DNA of 64,000 bases from an uncultured Alphaproteobacteria bacterium (GTDB lineage Bacteria; Pseudomonadota; Alphaproteobacteria; Rhodobacterales; Rhodobacteraceae): assembly GCA_902570265.1 (NCBI GenBank), contig CACFXF010000009.1, positions 1,231 through 65,230 of the forward strand. The letters are read 5' to 3'. The notes under the pieces were generated by a model. That model had not been told where the DNA came from. It saw only the letters and a program-made list of their open reading frames with translations, and searched no databases. Below, one piece after another: positions 9,001 to 15,694 of the stretch. A program made the position numbers and the translations under genes. The first letter of the stretch is position 1, and the number at the start of each line of letters is the position of its first letter.

Positions 9001-10556
9001 CCACTAATACCATTAATGCTGGTCCCTTTAACTGTTAAAGTTTTTGATGCTGGCGGATTATCTGAAGTGCTTTCATATTTTACCTTTCGAGCAATGTCTT
9101 GAACCATTCCATCAGTAATGGTTGTAGGAGCTGGAATACTTTCTGTTACACTCACATTATCTACATATAGTTGCGCACCTGCCCATCTACCTCCTGAAAA
9201 ATCAAAAGTTCCAGAGACAAATACAAAACGATAAGAGCCTGGATTAGTAACGGTGACAGTCTCTGTAGCCCAAGATGTTGTTGCACCTCCTGAAGAGCCC
9301 GTTTCATTTAATATTTCTACAAAGCTATTATCATCTTTATTGACGATATATCCAAAAACATCATAGGCATCGGACCCTCCTACGGCTTTCCAATCAAAGC
9401 TGACTTTATCATTTGCTCTTAAGAAAACAGTATTATCACTATAAAGTGCAGGACCTCTAACAATATCATAACCTGACTTTGCAATTATTCCAGTGCTTGT
9501 TAATCTAACAGAGTATTCTCCTCCACCATCATTATTCACTGCGGCTGAATAAGTTCCAACAGTAGTCGGAATATTTTGATCAGAAATAGCTCTTCCAATT
9601 GCTGGAGGGGTAGTGTCTGTTGGCGTATTCAAACCACCAATTTGGGTTACTCCAAAATAAATAGGGCCAGACTGTATTTGCCAGTTTCCAAAAGAGGAAG
9701 ATCCATCATTAGTTTCAAAATTTCCATTTTGAAAACTATTTGAAATATTTACCCTTAATGGATTACCATTTAATCCATTCTTAGTTGAATCAACGTTACC
9801 TAATATAGCAGCACCAGTTCCATTACCAACGTAAACAACAGATCCTATTATCGAGACCTGGCCGTTTATGGTCGAAGCTGCTCCATCATTAGAAAATCTA
9901 AGAAAGTCATGGCTATCAGAGGAAGAAAGACTAAATTCTAAATACCCCCCTGCATAATTATCACCACCAGCAGCTCCACCAGTAATTGATATGTCGCTAT
10001 CTATAACTGAAAGTGCAGCTTGTTCATTATAAGATAAGTCAGTAAGGTTGGTTATTGAGGGAGTGCCCAAAGTTCCTGGGATAGAAGAAGGATAGAGTGA
10101 AGCACTTTCAATTCTTCCAACTGTAGTTTCTAAATCCCAATCACCACCAAAGGATGGTGAGCCCGAAATATCATCTGATGCTGCAAAATCAACACCTGAA
10201 ATTCTTGAAAGAAGTTGTAAGAATTCTTCTCCTTTTCCACCACTACCAATGTCACATCCATAAAGATGGATATCTGCTTCCTTACCTAATGAATTACCTA
10301 TCGTGATTAAATCTTTGCTAAAATTTTTTGCATTATCAGTGGTTACTGAACCACTGGAAAATTTTAAAACACCTGATTCACCATGGCTAAAAATATGTAA
10401 GGAACCTAGATTACTGTCATTACCAATAATGTTAGCAATTTGACGAAGAGCATTTTGATTAGTATCTAAGATATGAACTAAATAGTGTTCAGATAACTCA
10501 TCTAATAAAGCCAAATATCCAGGCACACTTTTATCAATAAATACTACTGCCATCAT
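6015..10556 (-). CDS. Giant (1513 aa) DUF4347-cadherin-RTX repeat protein, putative T1SS-secreted adhesin
   Basis: The N-terminus (VVFIDKSVPGY...HIFSHGESG...HLYGCDIG) looks like DUF4347. At least 6 cadherin-like modules carry the ...D.D.GD.L.FS.SG.D...F.ID...G...L....D(Y/F)E....Y...V.A.D motif. The C-terminal nonapeptides are GGSGADILIGGTGDN and LEGGAGDDLLEGGNGSDLFIF (about 6280-6500). Confidence 0.85.
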   Translation of the reverse strand: MMAVVFIDKSVPGYLALLDELSEHYLVHILDTNQNALRQIANIIGNDSNLGSLHIFSHGESGVLKFSSGSVTTDNAKNFSKDLITIGNSLGKEADIHLYGCDIGSGGKGEEFLQLLSRISGVDFAASDDISGSPSFGGDWDLETTVGRIESASLYPSSIPGTLGTPSITNLTDLSYNEQAALSVIDSDISITGGAAGGDNYAGGYLEFSLSSSDSHDFLRFSNDGAASTINGQVSIIGSVVYVGNGTGAAILGNVDSTKNGLNGNPLRVNISNSFQNGNFETNDGSSSFGNWQIQSGPIYFGVTQIGGLNTPTDTTPPAIGRAISDQNIPTTVGTYSAAVNNDGGGEYSVRLTSTGIIAKSGYDIVRGPALYSDNTVFLRANDKVSFDWKAVGGSDAYDVFGYIVNKDDNSFVEILNETGSSGGATTSWATETVTVTNPGSYRFVFVSGTFDFSGGRWAGAQLYVDNVSVTESIPAPTTITDGMVQDIARKVKYESTSDNPPASKTLTVKGTSINGISGAEQSGTGTLDINFTSINDAPNITSGSVVNADENQNPSIVIYDAEATDLDTADTLTFSISGADSSHFTIDADDGEVRLKASADYENKSSYSFNVTVTDNGVGGNLSDTQAISLNINDLNDPPVISSGSSGSIAENASIGTIAYDASASDPDSGQSLAFSVSGTDSSLVTIDSDDGEIRLNNSANFEVKNSYSLNVIATDDGGTPSSTSKAITINISDQNDSPEVTDDLGITTINTALNSIVVLNDDTDEDGDGLTIQSISYGGSGTVSHNGTTINYTPPSGAANISETINYTVSDGNGGTDTGILTVNVRTPLITGPSNSAGSDTSAITKQENQTAVTTFSANVGVTWDINSGLDGSKFSIDGSGNLTFNSAPNFEVPLDSDGNNTYQVEVKATTTDGSGIFSTQVLTVTVSNVNESSPTIDTTSLTGSIQENANTNTVIYDVSASDADITDILTYSVSGTDASLVAIDSDDGEVRLNSSANFETKNSYSFNVIATDPDGSSDTEAVTISVNDVNEMPSITSSATVTAAENQANSSVLYTATATDVDSGDNLTFSISGADSSYFTIDADDGEVRLKASADYETKSSYDFTVIATDDGLGALSGSKAVVLNISNVNDNPVLKKTIPIWNLYENTSENLSFNQFFTDPDDHNLTMSITLPGGAALPSWCNFDGSSTILTVNPSRSNFGLNTFEITVNDGNGGQITDQFVINVAASNTPAKGDITISGRADVGETLLAIPNFIDPDGYGSLDFQWFRNNVEILGATERDYVIKNEDIGKNLTVKASFIDSVGFNEEVISSSGLNISLKQAILPPSIRNVFKDAFSNILIKGSQYDDLIVAAGKNSGAEGGSGADILIGGTGDNPLSGNSENDYIIGDLLFSDYFYGNDTLEGGAGDDLLEGGNGSDLFIFSPSDGNDIIAKFNLNFNNISSFEPVGRDFEIDKDKIDLKSFNYNGFEEVLTKIETTPDGHSEFSDRDCTVLIYDIRVEEFTPDNFTLI

Positions 10557-10847
10557 TATATTTTACATGAATATAATCTATAATCCAAATTTTCTCTTCT
10601 ATTAAGAAACGACTATTGTAAATTCGTATATCTAATTTATAGATAGTACATTTTTTTATAGGTGTTAATAGAAATTGGTAGTCAACAGTCTTAGCCACAA
10701 TATGCTCGTTACTATTGTTGATATAAATAGTTTTGCTTATTATTTGTGAATTAAAGTATTTTCAAAAATATCTTTTTAAGTAATTCAAAATTATAAATAT
10801 AAATATTATTCTTTATTTTTTTATTTATTTCATACATTTTATTTTCT

Positions 10848-11885
10848 ATGAAAAAGTTGGGGTTTTTAAATATAATATTTATAACATACTTTTTTTTACA
10901 TACTCCCTTAGTATACGGATCAGAAAGGTTAGAATTATATTTTCTTACTGAAAAATTATTAAATACAAAAATATTAAATACAAACGAATTTATACAATTT
11001 AGTTTAAATTCAAAATCTTTAGGCTTTAAATACTTAAAGGATAATAACAAAAAAAAATCTATATTTTTAATTAATAGAGCCTTTTATCCAATAATTACCT
11101 ATTCAGATAATATCAACGGAGGTAACCTATTCCAAACAATTCAGTTAGGTGAACTAACGTTTGAGGGTGAAGAGGAGGCCAAAGCAAAATCAGGTTTATT
11201 AATTGGTGGTGGTATCTTCTTAGATATCAAAAAACAATATGGGATAGGGAGATATCTTGATTTAAGAATGAATGCCTCATTATCTGCGGCACCCACTCAT
11301 GATTGGTTAAGCATTAGAGACAAATCCATAATTGCTTGTTCAAAAAATCATCTAAAAGAATGGTTTTTTTTTGATGCCTGTGCACATTGGGGACATAATA
11401 AAAGACAATATATAGATGAAATTAATAAAAATCTTTCAGTTTCATTAACAAGATTATTTATAACTAAAAAAGTCTTTAACGAAAGTATTTTTACAATAAA
11501 TAGACATATTTCTGATAAATATCATCAAATGCAAGGAATATTTGCATTAAATTCATTATTACCTAATGGTTACAAAACAAATTTCTCTATTACACTTGGT
11601 GAACCAATTAAAGAATTAATTTCATTAAATTACTCATTAAGTCTAGCTGTAAGCAAATATATAAAGAGAAAACCGTTGAGGCTTTCATTAAAGCAAACTC
11701 ATTATGATGGTGGAAAATTCCTTGGAATAGATAGGGAAGATACTACCCAACAAATATCTGTTTCATATCCCATCAATAACAGATTTAATATTGCTTTGGG
11801 ATATACTAGAAATAAATCTTCCATTAGTTCTTTTAGCCATAACGGACCCCACATAGAGTTTTCATTTCCTTTACGAAGTTTTTAA
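10848..11885 (+). CDS. Outer-membrane beta-barrel protein, 345 aa (possible minimal Slam/DUF560-like barrel)
   Basis: The signal peptide is MKKLGFLNIIFITYFFLHTPLVYG. It shows alternating hydrophobic strands and the C-terminal ...HIEFSFPLRSF with a terminal Phe. YSDNINGGN and the REDT...NKSSISSFSH tail are reminiscent of DUF560, recalled from memory only. Confidence 0.5.
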   Translation: MKKLGFLNIIFITYFFLHTPLVYGSERLELYFLTEKLLNTKILNTNEFIQFSLNSKSLGFKYLKDNNKKKSIFLINRAFYPIITYSDNINGGNLFQTIQLGELTFEGEEEAKAKSGLLIGGGIFLDIKKQYGIGRYLDLRMNASLSAAPTHDWLSIRDKSIIACSKNHLKEWFFFDACAHWGHNKRQYIDEINKNLSVSLTRLFITKKVFNESIFTINRHISDKYHQMQGIFALNSLLPNGYKTNFSITLGEPIKELISLNYSLSLAVSKYIKRKPLRLSLKQTHYDGGKFLGIDREDTTQQISVSYPINNRFNIALGYTRNKSSISSFSHNGPHIEFSFPLRSF

Positions 11886-11946
11886 TAAAATCTTTAAAAT
11901 TTAGCCTAAGCATATATAAAGTCTTGGAAGATCAGTTATTTTTTTA

Positions 11947-12165
11947 CTTAGAAAAGCTGTTCTTGAAGCTATTAAAGAAAATAATGATAAGACACAGAAA
12001 GAGTTAATAGAAATTATGACTAATGAAGGTTTTAAAACTTCAAAAGGTAAATCAATCAGCAAACAGCAAATGTCTGATTGTATTATTGGATTACTTGAAG
12101 AAGGTTTAATTGGGAAAACAGTTTTAGCGCATAAAGAGACTTATTACGATAGTCCACTTACTTAA
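11947..12165 (+). pseudogene. Start-less winged-helix-like ORF fragment
   Basis: The frame is open from 11920 with no ATG/GTG/TTG start. It reads LRKAVLEAIKENNDKTQKELIEIMTNEGFKTSKGKSISKQQMSDCIIGLLEEGLIGKTV, a wHTH-like pattern. Confidence 0.3.
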
Positions 12166-12261
12166 CTGACCGAACTTACTCACCATTCATTTGCATTAAC
12201 TGGTAAGCTTAGTAAGTGCAGTAAGTTCCATTCTAAATTAAAGCCACTTATTTTATATCTT

Positions 12262-12621
12262 CCATACCAAAATATGTAAGCAGTAGTACTTTCTAAGAAT
12301 AGGCTATGGTTTTTTGGGGTACCCTCAAGGATATGCCTTAGGGGTGGTGTTATGATTGTTATGTTTGTTATGTTCTCACGAAAAATTGACCAGCTGCCCC
12401 TTTTACTGCCCCCTTTTGCACGTTTTCCCTATATTTTTCATTTTATAAAAAATAATTTCTGATTGTATAATTTATTGAAAGTAAGTTTAAGAGATGGAGG
12501 AAACCCCAATGAAATATAGTGCGAAATGCCATTGTGGTGAAATAACTGTCGAGATAGAACATGACCCTATGATGCAGTTTATGTGTCACTAATCTATATG
12601 GCATCAAAGAATTGGAACTTC
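12262..12621. repeat. Island repeat copy R5 (long form, about 360 bp), the right direct repeat of the adhesin block
   Basis: It is collinear with 4440-4798. It contains the best copy of the short-repeat core (CCAAAATATGTAAGCAGTAGTACTTTCTAAGAATAGGCTATGGTTTTTTGGGGTACCCTCAAGGATATGCCTTAGGGGTGG). Confidence 0.85.
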
Positions 12622-12958
12622 TATTTCTGCTTTAGCTTGGCCTGAACATGAAATAATTATAACTGGTAATTTAAAACCTTATAAAATATTTGGTGGCATT
12701 GGTATGGATATGTATTACTATTACTGTCCATCTTGTAGTTGTTTTATATATAATAAACCTGATCTTCTTGAAGGAATGGTTTATATCCCAGCCGGATTAT
12801 TAGGAGAGCAAATAGAATTTAAACCAACAGTTGAATTATGGTCAGGCAATAGACCCAATTGGATGCAGAAAGCTCCCTCCATAATTGAGTCTTTTGCAGA
12901 CAATGGCACCTTAGAAAGACTTCAAGAGTTATTAGAAAATCTAGATCAAAGAGAATAA
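12509..12958 (+). pseudogene. GFA (glutathione-dependent formaldehyde-activating)/CENP-V family gene with an in-frame TAA
   Basis: A single 150-codon frame reads MKYSAKCHCGEITVEIEHDPMMQFMCH*SIWHQRIG...YYCPSCSCF... The TAA at 12590-12592 sits where copy R4 has Cys (CHCSIC), and the second Cys is changed to Trp. Confidence 0.7.
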
Positions 12959-12977
12959 TTTAATAACAATTTTATTT

Positions 12978-13565
12978 TTATGCTGATGCTAAAGAAAGTA
13001 TAACTACTAAAATCAAACTTATTGCCATCAAATATCTTACTATATTTTTGATAGTTTTACTCAAAGGTAATTCATAAAATAAAACTCCTGCATGTAACCA
13101 AATTAAATGTATAGGAATCCAAATTAAATTACTTATTAGCAGTTTTAATAAAATTTCTGTTAAAAAATTTGTGGGATAGAAAACAAAACCTGAATAAAAA
13201 GATAAATTAACTATGTAAGCTTTTGGATTAATAAGCTGTAAGAATATTCCATGCTTAATTCCAGGCATAGTTTGGGATTTTAAAAAATTGAAATTGGCAT
13301 CTTTAAAAATAATTTTTAATGATAGATATATAAAAAAAATTGACGATAAAAATAAACAAATAGTTCTAACTATGGGATAAGAAAAAATAACACTTGCTAG
13401 ACCAGAAATAACTAATAAAGCAACAATGTTAGTACCCAAAAAAAGTCCAAAAACATATCTTATTCCTGATTTAAACCCATAAGCGGCACCTACTCCAGCA
13501 GTTGATAAAACCCCGGGACCAGGAGTAATTATAAGGAAGAAAACACCAAAAGCGAAAATAATCAA
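12978..13565 (-). CDS. LysE/RhtB family amino-acid exporter
   Basis: It is 195 aa with 6 hydrophobic segments. The N-terminal FFLIITPGPGVLSTAGVGAAYGFKSG is typical of LysE-type translocators. Confidence 0.7.
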   Translation of the reverse strand: MIIFAFGVFFLIITPGPGVLSTAGVGAAYGFKSGIRYVFGLFLGTNIVALLVISGLASVIFSYPIVRTICLFLSSIFFIYLSLKIIFKDANFNFLKSQTMPGIKHGIFLQLINPKAYIVNLSFYSGFVFYPTNFLTEILLKLLISNLIWIPIHLIWLHAGVLFYELPLSKTIKNIVRYLMAISLILVVILSLASA

Positions 13566-13761
13566 AAGGATAAGTCTCTACTGAAAAAAGAAGATATTTA
13601 TGAATAAATAAAACATAAGTTAAGTATTTTAAAGAATAAAATAAATTTATCACTTTAAAGTAAAATCTTATTCTCTGACAATTTTAAAATTAGTTTACTC
13701 AAGTTATGAAAATATATAAAATATAAATGATATATTTTTTTTAATTAAGCAGAGAACATAA

Positions 13762-14735
13762 TTGGACGATAAAGAATTTGGCACTCGTGATAAACGTGGT
13801 GATTGGGCTCCAACTAAATTATTAGAGCCAGCTCCTCTTTGGTTATTCCCACCTAAACCAAAAAAAATATTGGCTTGGATACCTGCATATTTTTTTCCTT
13901 ATAACTTACTATTTATGATTTCCTCAATTATTTATTGGTTTCTTGTTATACCCCCAGTGGAAAATATGTCTAATTTTTCATGGGATTGGACTATTAATAT
14001 TTTAGTTATTAATATGGTTTTGGCTTTTATTTGGTATCAAGGATGGGAAGTTCCCCTTTACATAATGAAAAACAAGAAAATAGATTCAAATATAATAAAA
14101 GCTTTCCTCAGGATATTACAAATAAGTTTTTTTGGTTCAAAAACCAAACAATAGATAATATGACAAGATCAATGCTTTTTGGTGTTCCAATATGGTCTAT
14201 ACTTCAAATTCTAATGTTATGGACTTTTTCCAATGGATACATACCTTGGATTAATTTTTCAGAGAATAAAATATGGATCATTCTTATGATTTTATTTGTA
14301 CTTATAATTAATGATTTTCATTTTTACTGCATTCATAGACTAATACACATTCCTATACTATATAAATGGGTGCATTCTGTTCATCATAAATCAGTGAATC
14401 CAAGTCCATGGTCATCACTATCAATGCATCCAGTTGAACATATTTTATATTTTGGCACAGTTTTCTGGCATTTTTTGCTACCATCTAACCCAATTATAGC
14501 ACTTTATCAATTACATTTTGCAGGCTTTGGAGCTGTACCAGGTCATATTGGTTTTGATAAAGTTGAAATATCAGCGAAAAAAGCATTTGATACTCATGCT
14601 TATATGCATTACCTTCATCATTAATACTTTAACGTTAATTATGGTGGTGATGGGTTAGTACCATTTGATAGATTTTTTGGAACATACCACGATGGATCCA
14701 AAGATTCAGATAATAGATTTAAACCTAAGACTTAA
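13762..14735 (+). pseudogene. Fatty acid hydroxylase/sterol desaturase family gene with a frameshift and an in-frame TAA
   Basis: His boxes HRLIH, HSVHH and HYLHH are present. The reading frame switches near the C-run at 14053-14056 (ORFs 13762-14154 and 14031-14624). The TAA at 14622-14624 is followed in frame by the conserved YFNVNYGG..LVPFDRFFGTYH. Confidence 0.7.
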
Positions 14736-14782
14736 TTGACATAACTTTTCAGAAAAATATTTTAAATAATTATTTAAGAAAA

Positions 14783-15668
14783 ATGATATTTATTGAAGTT
14801 ATAGAGATTGTTTTTCCTGTTTTTTTTCTTTCATTTCTTGGTTTTTTTTGGGTTAAAAAGGGATTTGAATATCCTATGCAATTTGTAACTAGTTTGTGTA
14901 TGAACATAGCAGTTCCTTGCCTTGTATTCGTTTCACTAATGAATACTAAAATAGACATAAAACTTTTGTTCAATTTTACTCTGGCCACTCTTTTTACCTA
15001 TACATTTATAATTATAACCTTTTTTTTTATCATTAAATTAATTAAAATAAATTCTAAAACATATTTGGCTCCTTTATCTTTTGGCAATACTGGTAATATT
15101 GGTTTACCTTTAGCTTATTTTGCATTTGGAGAAATTGGCTTAGGTTATGCTGTTTTAGTTCTATCAATTACATCAATTTTATCTTTTTCTATTGGAATTT
15201 GGTTTGTTTCAGGAAAGATGTCATTACTTAAAACACTTAAAAATGAACCCCTGCTAACAGCAACATTTATAGGTTTATTTTTTTTAGTAACAGGATACCA
15301 AACTCCACATTTTTTAACCTCTACATTTGAGCTAATTGGACAAATGGCTATACCACTTATGCTAATTACACTTGGAGTAGCAGTAGCTAGTTTAAATGTT
15401 ACTCATTTTTTATTGGGCTCTAAAATTAAGTATTTTAAAGTTATTTATCTGCATATCATTATCTCTAATTATTGGGTACATTTTATATCTTGACCGTATT
15501 CCTTTTTCTATTCTTGTTTTGCAAATGTCTGCACCAGTTGCTGTAACTTCTTATCTTTTAGCAAAAAAATATAATGCTGATGATAAAGCGGTTGCTGGAA
15601 TTGTTATTGCATCCACAAGTTTATCAATTTTATATTTTCCAATAATTTTATATTTTCAATTGAGCTAA
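14783..15668 (+). pseudogene. AEC (auxin efflux carrier) family permease, frameshifted in a T6 run
   Basis: Two overlapping ORFs (14783-15493 and 15396-15668) together give a typical roughly 295-aa AEC protein. The frame change falls at the T-run 15406-15411. It could be a sequencing error. Confidence 0.6.
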
Positions 15669-15694
15669 AATTAAAAAGTATAAATAAAATCACA

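Noticed and set aside
1783-12621. Whether the five repeats form a CRISPR array or an integron attC series
   Set aside because: The spacing is irregular (about 0.4 to 7.4 kb) and the copies differ in length (59 to 360 bp), so this is not a CRISPR. No intI gene is present, and I could not find the R''/R' GTTRRRY-type core sites, so calling them attC is unsupported. I kept them as an unclassified repeat family.
12590-14624. In-frame TAA codons in the GFA and hydroxylase genes as stop-codon recoding or an alternative genetic code
   Set aside because: TAA is used as the normal terminator by most genes in the window. Both affected genes carry additional lesions (Cys-to-Trp, frameshift), so pseudogenisation is the simpler reading.
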